Part shown: piece by piece, positions 1 to 13,254 of the stretch
Layout of the letters: every line of letters starts with the position of its first letter
Numbering within the stretch: position 1 is the first letter of the stretch
Assembly (NCBI GenBank): GCA_964016885.1
Contig: OZ024740.1
Location: 418,872,001 to 418,936,000, forward strand
From: Eledone cirrhosa
Lineage: Eukaryota
Length of the DNA: 64,000 bases
Direction: 5' to 3'
Made by a program: the position numbers and the translations under genes
Notes under the pieces: generated by a model
Databases searched by the model: none
What the model saw: the letters and a program-made list of their open reading frames with translations, nothing else
Told to the model about the DNA's origin: nothing

Positions 1-2240
1 CGGAGGCCTCTTGGCGGACGTCTACTGCAACTGGCAACAGAACGGGAGAATTCCCAGTTCTGTGAGCCGAGGAGCGGTGGCGCTGCTGAGAAAGGATCCG
101 AACAAGGGGGATAACATAGATAATTTTAGGCCCATAACTCTGCTAAACACAGAGTTCAAGATTTTGGCCAAGGTGCTAGCAAAGAGGTTGGCGCTTGTCG
201 TTGGTGGTCTGGTGGGAGAGGCACAGACATGCGCCATTCCCGACAGATCCATTCACGACAACCTCCACCTCATGCGATACATCGTAGAGAGGGTAGCTAG
301 GGAACCTGGCACGGGTGGGTCTTTGATCAATTTAGATCAGTCGAAAGCCTTCGATAGGGTCGACCATCGTTACCTAGCGGCAGTCCTGAGGGCGGCTGGC
401 TTTGGGCCCGTCTTCAGAGGCTGGATCGCTGCCATGCACAGCGACATCTGCTCTGTAGTGAGAGTGAACGGTCACCTTTCGGAACCGTTCAACATCATGC
501 GCTCGGTCCGCCAAGGATGTCCCCTCTCGTCCCTATTGTACGTATTGACTCTCGAGCCATTACTGCACAAACTGGAGACGTTGAGGGGGGGTCCCGCGCG
601 AACTAGGATGCGGAAGATCCGTGTCAGCATATGCCGACGATGTCACCGTAGTGGTGTCGAACGCCAAACACATCGAGGCGATCGGCACTACACTAAGAGA
701 ATACGAAGCGGTGACAGGAGCAATGATAAACCAGGAAAAGTCAGTGGGCCTGCAGCTCGGCACCTGGAGAGGCAGGTCCATGCCGTCCAACAGCGTCGTC
801 GGGCGCTGGACGGACGGACCGGTTAAATTGTTAGGGGTCTGGTTCGGTCCAGACCTCCAGACGGACAAAAACTGGGACGAGGTGATGAGCAGGGTGGCTT
901 CTCTCACCCAGAAATGGGCCGAGAGGAAGCTATCCCTGAAAGGTCGAGAGGAGGTGGCTAACGCGTACATCGCGTCCGTCATCTACTACCGCCTGACCGT
1001 CGTACCTTGTCCTAAGCCCGGCCTGACTTCGCTGGAGCGTTTGCTCTTTCGCTTCTTGTGGAAGGGACGCGCTCCGATGGTCAGGCGGTCCATCTGCTGT
1101 CAACACCCGCTACGTGGAGGGCTGGGCATGCCGTGGCTGATGATGCGCAGACACGCGCTCAGGCTACGACATTTCCACCTCTTCCTCGACGGTGATCAGG
1201 TGTGGTCGCCGTTTGCTAGACACGTTTTTCCCCAGCTCGTCTCCTTGACGGAGCTGCAGTCCTGGGTCAAGCGAAGACCGAGAGGGAGCGCTTGGAGACT
1301 GGAATGTCTTCAGGCGCTCACAGCCCTCGACCAATCGGGCAATGTGATCGGTGGAAACTCCACCTTGGCGTTCTATAGGGGCTTAGTGGAGGGGAAGAGC
1401 GACGACGTACTTGGAGAAACTCTAGGCGTCGACGAAAATCAACTAGCCAATCTCTTCGGAAGGACTTTCGTGCCGGGGCCTATGGACAACTTCCAGAAAT
1501 CCCTGGCCTGGCAGTGCTACCGGGGTGCTTTGCCAGTTCGGGATAAACTTTACAGGCATGGAGGTGCCGTCAGCCGGGCATGTCCGAGATGCGCACAGGG
1601 CGACGAAACCGTCCTGCACGCACTCGTCCAGTGTCCGAGCATTGCTGACTTGTGGGTTTATGTCGAACACCTGCTGTCACGTGTAGGACGGATCCAGCTA
1701 TCAGCTGAGTCCATCGTGAGGATTGCCCCGCCCTCTTCCTTTAGCCGGGAAGGGCAGGCAGTTTTTATCTGTCTGGTGGCCATGGCGAAAGAGATAGTAT
1801 GGTGGACACGTTTGAAAGGGCTGAAGACGAGCACTTACCTCTTCGGTGATGCCCTGATTAACTTTTTCAAATTTCATCTGAAAAGGAAAATCAGGGTAGA
1901 GAGGGAAGTGCTCTCTTCCCAGCATTTTGTTGAAAGATGGGTGAGAGAAGCAAGTATGGCCCAAATGAATGGGCCTTCTCTGAGTATGTGTCTGTAAATT
2001 AAAGGTGGAAAACTGGGAGAGGGCACTTGCCCTGGTGGTCAGGGCCACTGTGGTCTTTTAATGGGCTTTCTCCACAAATGTCCCTCGGAAGTCTCCCCCC
2101 TATTGGGGAATTTTTCTTTGTTATTTTATTTCATCCTCTGTTTTTTTTACACGCAGAAATGCCCATTTGTACCGTCCTGTATTGTCCTGTACTGTCCTTA
2201 ATGTCTACTTTATGTAAACCTTTGTGGTTAATAAAGAAAA
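1..2240 (+). mobile_element. Tx1/L1-clade non-LTR retrotransposon, 3' part (RT, zf-RVT, 3'UTR), cut by the window edge
   Basis: RT motifs NFRPITLLNTEFKILAK, LDQSKAFDRVDH, SVRQGCPLS and YADD; C-terminal CPRC..ETVLHALVQC; AATAAA at 2230-2235 followed by (ATT)n. Confidence 0.9.
11..1997 (+). pseudogene. Tx1 ORF2 reverse transcriptase, frameshifted
   Basis: ORFs 11..826 and 621..1997 join across a frameshift at the G-run near 584-591 (mutation or sequencing error). Confidence 0.85.
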
Positions 2241-2273
2241 CATTATTATTATTATTATTATTGTTATTGTTAT

Positions 2274-5200
2274 TCCTTGAATCTCAGTCATTGATGTTGG
2301 TTAACTGGAAAGTCCGTTGGATTGAATATCAAGCCACTACCTGCAGCCTCAGATATTCAGGACGTATGGGAGGGTTCTTGCCGTTCCAAGCAAGCATGCC
2401 TTTTGAAGCGTTCCAAAAAGCGTGAAGGGGCCGATTTTCTTTAACCATCCCTGGAAACCTTTGGAGATAGTCCCCAGTGCGCCTATGACAATCGGGATCA
2501 CTTTGACTTCATGGCAGTTCCAAATCCTTTTCACCTCCCACTTTAGGTCCTGGTATCGGTTAATTTTCTCCCTCTCCTTCTCTTGCACTCTCGTGTCGAA
2601 CGGGCAGGCCACATCCACAATCAGGCACGATCTTTTTTCTTTGTCCACAACCACCAGGTCAGGTCTATTGTGCTCCAGTTTTTTGTCCGTCTGTATCCTA
2701 AAATCCCACAGCACCTTCACCTGACTGTTCTCCATCACCGCCTCTGGCCTATGCTCATACCATTTCTCAGAATGTGGTAGATTGTTTACTTTGCACAGGT
2801 GCCAGTGGATCACCCTGCCCATCACATCGTGTCTCCAGCCCTTATAGTGGGTCTGGGCTAGGTGTTTACACTCGGACACAATGTGAGCCACAGTCTCCTC
2901 TCTCTCTCCACAGATCCTGCACAGTGGGCTAGCCTCCTCCTTGTAGATATGGTGCTTCAACCACTTCGTTTTGAGGGCCTGCTCCTGCGCAGCCATTAGC
3001 ATTCCTTCTGTAGCCTTTTGAGGTCTCCTCTTCTCAACCAGTTCCATGTCTGTGGATCTCTAAATTCAGTTTTCTCAAAGAAGGTACTATGAAGGGATTT
3101 TCCCTTAAGGCTGCTCTTCCTCCTTGATGTTATTTCCTCCTTGGGTATCCCCTGGCCTACTGTCCCCTCCTTCAGTACAGCTCTGAGCATTGGCTCCTTA
3201 CTATAGGTCACGTATTTGTATAGGTTGTTTTTCTCCATCTGAACACAGTCCTCTATGCTGATAAGACCTCTTCCACCCTCAGATCTCCTTAGGTAGAGTC
3301 TATCGACATCACTCCTCTTGTGGAACATGTTGTAGATAGTCAATAGCTTCCTAGTCTTCCTATCCATTTCTTTTTGTTCAGCAACATTCCATCTCAGAAT
3401 TCCCGCACTGTACCTAATAATAGACACAGCTCGGGAATTTACTGCGCTTATGGCATTTCTGCTGTTCAGATGTGACTTCAATACGCTCCTTACTCTCCGA
3501 ATGTATTCAGTTCTTAACAATTCCTTCATTTTTTTGTTCTTTATGCCATCAGCCTCCAGAACGCCCAAATACTTGTATCCTTCCTCAGAGTCAATTTCCT
3601 TTATCATCTCACCTGTTGGTATCTGGATCCCGTTACTTCTGCTCAACCTACCCCTCCTCATCACAATGACTCCACATTTACCAATACCAAACTGCATACA
3701 TATATCACTGCTGAAAATACGGACAGTGTCAACAAGCACATCCAACTCCTTCTCACTTTTCCCGAAGAGCTTAAGATCGTCCATGAAGAGGAGGTGATTG
3801 ATGGTAAGCTCTCCCCTTCCCAACTTGTATCCTGCTCTCACTTTTCGCAGCATAATGGTCAAGGGCATCAGGGCAAGGACAAACAACAGAGGGGACAGGC
3901 TATCTCCCTGGAAGATACCTCTCTTGATCTTCACGCTTCCCAAGGATACTCCAGTTGATGTCAACTCTGTCTCCCAGGACCCCATACTCCTGCCCAGCAA
4001 CTGTCTGATGTTATCTGCCACCCTGAAGATCTCCAGGCTTTTGGTGATCCAGGAATGAGGCACCATGTCAAATGCCTTTCTGTAGTCTATCCATCCCATG
4101 GCAAGATCAGTGTGTCTCCTCCTGCAATTCCCCATTACCATCTTATCAATAAGCAACTGGTCCTTTGTACCACGTGACTTCTTTCGGCATCCTTTCTGTT
4201 CGTCCGGCAACAAGTTGTTTGTGTGGAGGTGATGGTAGATTTCCTCAGACACAATGCTCGTCAACAGTTTCCACATTACGGGCAGACATGTGATAGGTCT
4301 ATAGTTGGTAACATCATTACCCTTGATTCGGTCTTTCATTATCAGAACTGTGGTACCTTTTGTCAACCACTCTGGCACCTCACCCGACACCAAGCAGTCA
4401 TTGAACATGGCCGTCAGCTTCGGGTGGAGGGATGTTAAATGTTTAATCCAATACCCCTGCACACCATCTGGGCCTGGTGATTTCCAGTTGGTTAGTTTCT
4501 TGGCTTGCCCCTTAAGAGTTTCGACTGTGATACTCAAATCAGTCTGTTGCTGTGCCTGCTCACCGATCTCCCTCTGTACTGTCTCAATCCACCCTGCCTG
4601 GGCATTGTGTCTAACATCCTGCTCCCATATTCTTCTTCAGAATGTTTTAGCTTGTTCCGCCCCAGGGATCAAGTCGTTGCCTCTTTCTTTCCCCTCAAGC
4701 TGTCCAAACAGCATCTTCTGGTTGTTGTCGAACATGCGGTTCTGTTTATACTGACTGACTCTGTTCTCGTATCGCCTGATTTTGGCACTCTTTGCTACAA
4801 TGCGTTGCTTCAATTCCTCTATGATAATATTTAGCTTTTTACTCCTAGTTTTGTATTTTATTTCCAGTCTATTTTTAGTGCCTATGTTTTTTAGTGTCCC
4901 ATTCAGTAGTGACTCAAGCTTTCCTATGTCATTTCTCATTTCCCCGATTTGCCCACTCAGTCGCTTCTTCCACCACGGCTCTGCTCTTTCTTGTCTGTTG
5001 TTTCCTCTCGCTTTTATACCAAGTAGTTTCCTCACCGTATTTGCTGTTGCTTTGAGGATATTGTTGCACTGGTGAAGACTCCTCGCCTCAAGGTATGGGA
5101 TGACTTTGTTTACCTTAGCTGTTGTTTCTTTTAACTTTTTCCTGTCTACAAATCTTAGGTTCATAGGTCTCCCACTATCATTGTTCAACTCATCTACCAC

Positions 5201-5879
5201 TAAATTTAGGATGTCAACCGAATCTTGTCCTAGCCCGTCAGCATTCATCTCCTCAGTGGCCGTTTCTCTGTTCCAGGTATTATTTATCTCAGTATTCAGA
5301 TCATTGTCTGCTTCGGGTGGTTCCTCCGTTCTCAGGACCTCCTCACCTTCATTTCCCGCCGGCTCGCTTGTCTGGCATACTACACCCGCCATCTCCAAGC
5401 CATTCTCTCTGCTCAGTTCCTCCAGTTCCAGCTCGCTTATCCACCCATTAGTTCTTATTACCCGAGCCTGCCCGGCCAATTTTTGTTCATCTAATTTAAA
5501 TAAACCAATCTCGTTCCAGATGTTATGCATCCGTCTCCTGTAGCCCCTCTCCTTGGGGTTACTTTTCAGGTAGCATTGCATAACAGTTCTATTCAATTCT
5601 TTCGTCCAGTTGGTTCTGGCCCCTTTCCTTCTTCTTCTTCCTCCAACATCAGCAGTATTTGGTTGACAGTCAGGTTCCTGCTGCTGAGCCAGGGGGCACC
5701 TGTTGGGTGAGAGTCTGTCACATGACGTTCTAGTCTCCATTTCACCGTTATTCGAACTGTTTATGTTCGATATTTAAACACTCTTATCGAGGATTGGCGA
5801 ATGTATGTTTACATAGCCATCTGTGGATCCGCCATCCCACTTGGCCCTTGTGTGGCATTATCACCACGCTGTATACGGA

Positions 5880-5880
<1 letters not shown>
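2274..5880 (-). mobile_element. Apparently full-length R4/Dong-type non-LTR retrotransposon (RT plus restriction-like endonuclease) inserted in (TAA)n
   Basis: Single long reading frame with RT (GIFQGDSLSPLLF, LFMDDLKL), CCHC knuckle CRICGEREETVAHIVSEC, RHD, and RLE motif RPDLVVVD..DVACP..KINRY; (ATT)n on both flanks (2242-2273, 5881-5922). Confidence 0.9.
2349..5740 (-). pseudogene. Dong/R4 ORF with one nonsense and one frameshift lesion
   Basis: TGA at 4637-4639 where copy 2 has TGG (KTFWRGIWEQD); 1-nt deletion near 3015-3020 relative to copy 2 (GDLKKATEGML). Confidence 0.85.
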
Positions 5881-5922
<42 letters not shown>

Positions 5923-5923
5923 G

Positions 5924-8413
5924 TTCTTTGAGTCTCAGTCATTGATGTTATTTAACTGGAAAGTTTGTTGAAATGAATATCAAGCCACTACCTGCAGCCT
6001 CAGACATTCAGGACGTATCGGAGGGTTCTTGCTGTTCCTAGCAAGCATGCCTTTTGAAGTGTTCCAAAAAGCAGGGCTGGACTAATCTCCTTTAACCATC
6101 CTTGGAAACTCTTTGAGATAGTACCTAGTGCGCCTATGACAATCGGGACGACCTTGATTTCATGGCAGTTCCAAATCCTTTTTAACTCCCACTTTAAGTC
6201 CTGGTATCAGTTAATTTTCTCCCTCTTGTGTCAAATGGGCAGGCTACATCTACAATCAGGCACAATCTTTTTCCTTATCCAAAACCACCAGGGCAGGCCT
6301 ATTGTGTTCTAATTTCTTGTCCGTCTGTATCCTAAAATCCCATAGCACCTTCACCTGATCATTTTCTATCACCGACTCTGGCTTATGCTCATACCACTTC
6401 TCAGAATGTGGTAAATGGTTTACTTTGCATAGATGCTAGTGGCACACCCTGCCTATGACATCATGTCTCCATCCTTTATAGTGAGTCTGGGCTAGGTGTT
6501 TACACTCGGATACAATGTGAGCCACAGTCTCCTCTCTCTCTCCACAGATCCTACACAGTGAGCTAGCTTCCTCCTTGTCAATATGGTGTTTCACCCACTT
6601 CGTTCTGAGGGCTTGCACTTGCGCAACCATTAGCATTCCTTCTGTAGCTTTTTTAAGGTCTCCTCTTTTTAACCAGTTCTATGTCTGTGGATCTCTAAAT
6701 TCCGTTTTCTTAAAGAAGGTGATATGAAGGGATTTTTCATGAAGGTTGCTCTTCCTCCTTGTTGTTATTTCCTCCTTGGACATCCCCTGGTCTATTGTCT
6801 TCTCCTTCAGTATAATTTTGAGCATTGGCTCCCTACTGTCAGTCGCATATTTGTGCAGGTTGTTTTTCTCCATCTGAACACAATTCTCTATGCTGATAAG
6901 ACCTCTTCCACCTTCAGATCTCTTTAAGTAGAGTCTATCGACATCACTCCTCTTGTGGAACATGTTGTAGATAGTCAATAGCTTCCTAGTCTTCCTATCC
7001 ATTTCTTTTTGTTTAGCAACATTCCATTTCAGAATTCTTGCACTGTACCTAATAATAGACACAGCTCGGGAATTTACTGCACTTATGACATTCCTACTAT
7101 TTAGATGTGATTTTAATACGCTCCTTACTCTCCTTATGTACTCAGATCTTATCAATTCCTTCATTTTTTTGTTCTTGATGTCATCTTCCTCCAGAACACC
7201 TAAATATTTGTATCCCTCTTCAGTGTCAATTTCCTTTATCATCTCACCTGTTGGTACCTGATTCCGTTGCTTCTGCTCAATTTACCCCTCTTCATCACTA
7301 GGACGCCACACTTATTAATACCAAATTGCATACATATATCATTGCTGAAAATACGGACAGTGTCAACAAGTACTTCCAACTCCTTCTCACTCTTCCCAAA
7401 GAGTTTAAGATCGTCCATGAAGAGGAGATGGTTGATGGTAAGCTCTCCTCTTCCCAACTTGTATCCTGCTCTTACTTTTCACAATATAACAGACAGGGGT
7501 ATCAGGGCAAGGACAAACAGCAGAGAGGACAAACTATCTCCCTGGAAGATACCTCTCTTGATCTTCACGTCTCCCAAGGATTCTCCACCTGGTGTTAACT
7601 CTGTTTCCCAGGACTTCATACTCTTGCTCAACAACTATCTGATGTTATCTGCGACCTTGAAGATCTCTAGGCTTTTTTGATTATCCCAGAATGAGGTACC
7701 ATATCGAATGCCTTTTTGTAATCTATCCATCCCATGGCAAGACCAGTGTGCCTCCTCTTGCAATCCCTCATTACCATCTTATCAATAAGTAACTGGTCTT
7801 TTGTACCACGGGACTTCTTTCAGCATCCTTTCTGTTCGTCTGGTAACAAGTTGTTTATGTGGCGGTGATGGTAGATTTCCTCAGACACAATGCTTGTTAA
7901 CAGTTTCCACATTATGGACAGACATGTGATAGGCCTATAGTTGGTAACATCATTACCCATGATTCGGTCTTTCATTACCAGAACTGTGGTACCTTTTGTC
8001 AACCACTCTGGTACTTCACCCGACATCAAGCAGTCATTGAACATGGTTGTCAGTTTCGGATGGAGGGATGTTATATTTTTAATCCAATACCCTTGCACAC
8101 CATCTGGGCCTGGTGATTTCCAGTTGGTTAGTTTTTTGACCTGCCCTTTAAGAGTTTCAACTGTGATACTCAAATCAGGTTGTTGGTGTGCTTGTTCACT
8201 AATCTCCTTTTGAACTGTCTCAATCCATACTGCCTGACTATTATGTTCAACATCCTGCTCCCATATTCCTCTCCAGAATGTCTTAGTCTGTTCCACCTCA
8301 GGGATCATCTTGTTGCCTCTTTCTTTCCCTTCAAGCTGTCCAAACAACATATTCTGGTTGTTGTCAAACATGCGGTTCTGTCTATGTTCTGTCTATACTG
8401 ACTAACTCTTATT
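5924..8413 (-). mobile_element. Second R4/Dong copy, 5'-truncated and decayed
   Basis: ORF fragments 7820..8371, 7239..7457, 6679..7242 and 6436..6636 are colinear with copy 1; same 3'UTR and (TAA)n tail. Confidence 0.9.
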
Positions 8414-8426
8414 ACTAGAATATACG

Positions 8427-8649
8427 AGGGCAGTGGATTGGCAGTATCGGTAGAGGGTCATACGCCTTGCTTTGCAGCAAAGAGTTACGGCTCTTTATGA
8501 TCTGAGTTCAAATCCCGCCGAGGTTAACTTTGCCTTTCATCCTTACGGGGTCGATAAATAAAGTACCAGTCACGCACTGGGGTCGATTTGATCGACTTTC
8601 CCCTCCCCAAAAAATTTGCTGGCCTTGTGCCTATATAAGAAACCATTAT
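8427..8649 (+). mobile_element. tRNA-derived SINE with Nin/Deu-like central domain
   Basis: A-box/B-box-like TGGCAGTATCGG..GAGTTCAAATCC; GCCTTTCATCCTTACGGGGTCGATAAA..GTACCAG core; TSD TAGAATATACG at 8416-8426 and 8650-8660. Confidence 0.8.
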
Positions 8650-8660
8650 TAGAATATACG

Positions 8661-8972
8661 CTTGTAGTTTGAGGAATGGAAAAATTGAGAGAGAGCGCTT
8701 GCCCTGTTGGTCAGGGTGGCCGTGGTCTTTCGTGTGGTTTTCGCCATGAGTAACCCTCGGAGGTTTCCCCCCTATTGGGGAATTTTTCATTGTTTCAATT
8801 TTCATTTTAATTGTTTATATATATATATGTTTCTATGTTTTTTTTTCTTTTTCGTTTCTTATATAAATAATAAAAATCTTTACACGCACAAAACCCACAT
8901 TGTACCGTCCTGTACCGTCCTGTGCCGTCTGTAATGTTTTGCTTAATGTCAGCCCTTGTGGCCAATAAAGAA
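8661..8972 (+). mobile_element. Tx1 3'UTR fragment
   Basis: Homologous to 1990-2240 (CTTGCCCTG..GGTCAGGG..CCCTCGGA..CCCCCCTATTGGGGAATTTTTC, TTGTACCGTCCTGTA, AATAAAGAAA then (ATT)n). Confidence 0.8.
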
Positions 8973-9000
8973 ATTATTATTATTATTATTATTATTGTTA

Positions 9001-9445
9001 TTCTTTGAGTCTCAGTCATTGATGTTATTTAACTGGAAAGTTTGTTGAAATGAATATCAAGCCACTACCTGCAGCCTCAGATATTCAGGACGTATCGGAG
9101 GGTTCTTGATGTTCCCAGCAAGCATGCCTTTTGAAGTGTTCCAAAAAGCAGGGTGGGACCAATTTTCTTTAACCAACCCTGGAAACTTTTTGAGATAGTA
9201 CCTAGTGCGCCTATGACAATTGGGACCACTTTGACTTCATAGCAGTTCCAAATCCTTTTTACCTCCCACTTTAAGTCCTGGTATCGGTTAATTTTCTCTC
9301 TCTCCTTCTCTTGCACTCTCGTGTCAAATGGGCAGGCTACATCCACAATCAGGCACGATCTTTTTTCCTTGTCCAAAACCACCAGGTCAGGTCTATTGTG
9401 TTCCAGTTTCTTGTCTGTCTGTATCCTAAAATCCCACAGCACCTT
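9001..9445 (-). mobile_element. Third R4/Dong copy, short 3' fragment
   Basis: ORF 9077..9442 encodes the RLE domain; flanked by (ATT)n on both sides. Confidence 0.9.
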
Positions 9446-9693
9446 ATTATTATTATTTTTATTATTATTATTATTATTATTAATTCTTAATCAAAAATCT
9501 AAATTGATCTTGACCTATTGACATTCCATGAATTTCTAATAAACAATATTAAGAAAGAATATCTCAAATGTCAAAGGAAATTTGCTATAACAGCTTCAGT
9601 GTTCAATGGTGATAATAACTGCTTCCATTTTCTCACTTTCCAGCAACACATTCTCCAACTGCTGTGAGAATACATTATATTTTTCAGTATTAA

Positions 9694-10006
9694 CACTTAA
9701 CATCCTGTACCACATGAAACTACAACACTATGATTACATCACATTAACACTTAACATCCTGTACCACATGAAACCTCTTTAGCAAGACATTCTCCTTGAA
9801 AGCTATAAGTCAGTGCTATGATTACATCACTTTAACTTTTAACATCCTGTACCACATGAAGCCACATTAGCAAGACATCCTCCTTGAAAACTATAAATCA
9901 GTGTTATGATTGTATCCCATTGAAATTAAAAATCTTTACTAAAATCTGAATTAAAAAATCCCTGTTTTTAGATAGTTTCTGCTAAATCATTAAAGGATGT
10001 TAAGTG
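9694..10006. mobile_element. piggyBac-like MITE with internally repeated left end
   Basis: TTAA-CACTTAACATCCT...AGGATGTTAAGTG-TTAA; the left-end motif recurs near 9745 and 9835. Confidence 0.55.
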
Positions 10007-10317
10007 TTAAACAGACGAATTTATATGTCTTCTACTATAGCCTCAGATTGACCAACACTTTGTAAGGGAAATTTGGTAAACAGAAACTGTGCAGAAGCCC
10101 ATTATGTGTGTGTGTGTATGTTCATCTTTACTATTTATTTATATCCCATGAATTATTGATTCAAGTAAAAGAGGCCAATAAACAAAGTAGTAGATGTGAC
10201 GACATAAGTACTGGGGTTGATATGACCAACCTAATCCCTTCAAGGTGGTGCCCTAGCATAGTTGCAATCTAATGAATGAAACCAGTAAAATAATTGAGAA
10301 TAAAACAATATATTAGA

Positions 10318-10600
10318 TGGTACTCTGTCAGTTGGGACAATGAGTGTTCCCATTGATTCAATCAACGGAACAACCAGCTCATGAAATTAACGGGTAAGTG
10401 GCTGAGCATTCCACACACACACACGTACCCTTAATGTAGTTCTCAGGGAGATTCAGCATGAAACCGAACATGACAAGGCTGTCCCTTTGAATTACAGTTG
10501 CAACTCATTTTTGCCAGCTGAGTGGATTGGAGCAACGTGAAATAGAGTGTCTTGCTCAGGGACACAACACGCCACTGGGAATCGAACTCATGACCTTTCG
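10318..10600 (-). mobile_element. tRNA-derived SINE, CORE-like (CCTGAGCAAGACAC) family
   Basis: Reverse strand reads GAGTTCGATTCC..GTGTCCCTGAGCAAGACACTCTATTTCACGTTGCTCCA. Confidence 0.6.
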
Positions 10601-10601
10601 A

Positions 10602-10602
<1 letters not shown>

Positions 10603-10654
<52 letters not shown>

Positions 10655-10834
10655 AATCCTGGCTTTTTTACGTCCATTGTGTGTGTAAGTATATATGTGT
10701 GCGTAAGTGTGTGTGTGTGTGTAAGCGTGTATATGTGTGTGTGTGTAAGTGTGTGTATATCAGTGTGTGTGTATGTATGTGTATGTGTGTGCATATAAGT
10801 ATGTGTGTATGTGTGTGTAAGTGTGTGTGTGTAT

Positions 10835-10865
<31 letters not shown>

Positions 10866-10980
10866 CCTGTGCATGTGTGTAAATGTGTGTGTATATGTAT
10901 GTGTATGTGTGTGTATATGTGTGTGTATGCAAGTGCATGTATGTGTGTGTGTATGTAAGTGCATGTAAGTGTGTGTATAT
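10603..10980. repeat. (CAT)n followed by degenerate (GT)n microsatellite
   Basis: Directly visible. Confidence 0.95.
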
Positions 10981-11421
10981 ATCATCATTATCATTGTCTT
11001 CATTACACCGTCATTCTGAAACACGGCAATAATTAGCTACTTATTCCCAGTCTTACAACCATGATACCAATACATAAAGGATGTGTTTTACATTATATAA
11101 AGAAAGCTCAAACACTGTTTATTATCTAACACAGATCAAGTTGAACTTCTGAAGGAAAAAGACTCTTCAGCCGTGAATCTGTGAGAAGCTGTTTATATTA
11201 GTTATATAACAAGAGCTCTTCAACAATGTATGGAAGAGATAGAAAGAGAAATTGTTCCAGATCTGTATTAACAGTGGATCAAAGAAAAAGATCTGTAGAA
11301 AGAAAACAATGAATGATGGGAAATGTTCAGAAATGAATTATAATAGTTTAACCCTTTGTATACCAAACCACCTAAAACTGCCCTGGATTTATGATATAGA
11401 ACTACACATTTTGAAATGTTT

Positions 11422-11452
<31 letters not shown>

Positions 11453-12121
11453 GCATCAGCATCATCATCAGCATCGTCATCATCATCATCGTCATTTAAC
11501 GCCCATTTTTCCACACTAGTATGGGTTAAATGTGTTGTCCCATTGTGAGACAAGCCAGACCAGATGACTGCGTCTTGCTCATACAGAACTGTTTCTGGCT
11601 TGGTTGTTTTGGCTGGACAACCAACCACATTTACAGTGTGGACTGGGTGCTTTTTGTTGTGACACCTACATAACCACTTTACAGTGTGGGCTGGGTGCTT
11701 TTTATCCTGACACCTACACAACCACTTTACAGTGTGTTCACCCTTACACACCTTGTATCATAACTTTATTTAAGACATTACTAATGTTCTAATTCAACTT
11801 TGCCTTTCATTGATTCTTCTCTATCTCTTTCTCATTTCCTCTCTCTATCATTCTCTCACATTCTCTGGTAGAAATAGGCTGTGTTCAGACCTCATGAAAG
11901 TATCGTCTCTGCCAGGTTTAAAATGCCCCCAAATCCCCTATATGTCATTATGGCACCTCTACAACTCCATCAGGGATTATGGGCAAATACATACAATGTT
12001 CTAACTATCAGGTTATTAATGAAAGAATTAGTTGTGTTATTAAATTCCTCCAAATATTTGATTTTTTTCGAAATTAATTGAAATTCATTAGGAATACGTG
12101 ATGAAACCATTAAGTTAAGGT

Positions 12122-12498
12122 CCCTTTAGCATTTAAACTGGCCAGAATTCTCTCACCTTTCTCTGTTCAAACCGGCCGTAACTGGCCACTCATACTGATG
12201 TTAAGGTATTGTTCTCAAACTAAATAACTGTTTCTACTTTAGGCACAAGGCCAGCAATTACCCAGTGCATTACTGGTACTTTATTTTATCGACCCCGTAA
12301 GGATGAAAGGCAAAGTCAACCTCGGTGGGATTTGAACTCAGATCGTAAAGGGACGTAACTATGGCGTCCGACCCTCTACTGATACTGCCAATCCACCGCA
12401 AACTAAATAACATCAAAATTTTATAGATTCGATATTATGTGAGATATTATGTGAGATAAATACAATAGTATATATAGAGTAATGTAAATACTAAAGGG
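12122..12498 (-). mobile_element. piggyBac-like MITE (about 220 bp family) interrupted by a SINE
   Basis: Ends CCCTTTAGCATTTA..TAAATACTAAAGGG-TTAA; SINE 12229-12398 with 13-bp TSD CAAACTAAATAAC (12216-12228, 12399-12411). Confidence 0.75.
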
Positions 12499-13154
12499 TT
12501 AAATGATTCTTAAGGGTGACCAGGTTACACTAGTTTATACAGATAAAAAAAACTGTAATAAATGCTGAATAAAATGCAGAATTAGTCCTTTAAACTTATA
12601 ATAATACTCCAAACTCTATTAATAATGATTAGGAAGTGCATTCAACTGTAGAAACCAAACCAGAAACAGTTTTGTATGAGCAAGACACGGACATCTGATC
12701 TGACAATGTCTCACAATGAGACAACTTGTTTAACCCATGCTAGTGTGGAAAAATGGACGTTAAATGGTGATGATGAGGATGATGATGATGATGTGATATA
12801 ACAACAGGTACAAGAGATGTGACATAACAACTGCTACAAGAGATGTGATGTTACTAACAATGACTGTGACATAACAACTGGTACAAGAGATGTGACATAA
12901 CAGCTGGTACAAGAGATGTGACACATCAACTGGTACAAAAGATGTGAGGTTATATTGATATTATCCTGACATTGTCTGTACTTTACATTCAGATTAAGAC
13001 TAAAGTGGCAACCAATGTAATGTGAAAGTCTGACTGTTCAGTTAAATAACATTTGAGTGTAGGATCGCATGCAGCTATGTTTTAGATAAACTTAATACAA
13101 CACGAATTCCTATAGATGAACATGTGTGTGTGTGTGTATGTATATATCTATATA

Positions 13155-13254
13155 CAGGGTGTCTCAAAAAATGTATATACACTTCAACAGCATTCTAATA
13201 AATATTGCCTGTACAGGTAGTCAAAGTGTATATACATTTTTTGGAGACACCCAA
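13155..13254. mobile_element. Tc1/mariner-type MITE
   Basis: TA-CAGGGTGTCTCAAAAAATGTATATACACTT..AAGTGTATATACATTTTTTGGAGACACCC; sister copy at about 61393-61468. Confidence 0.7.

Noticed and set aside
5741-5880. Possible HDV-like ribozyme in the Dong 5'UTR
   Set aside because: Only simple hairpins found (GUGG/CCAC, GGAUGGCG/CGCCAAUCC); the nested double pseudoknot could not be built
8427-8525. tRNA gene-like A and B boxes (also 37887, 38797 and 40243)
   Set aside because: SINE heads with TSDs and no complete cloverleaf
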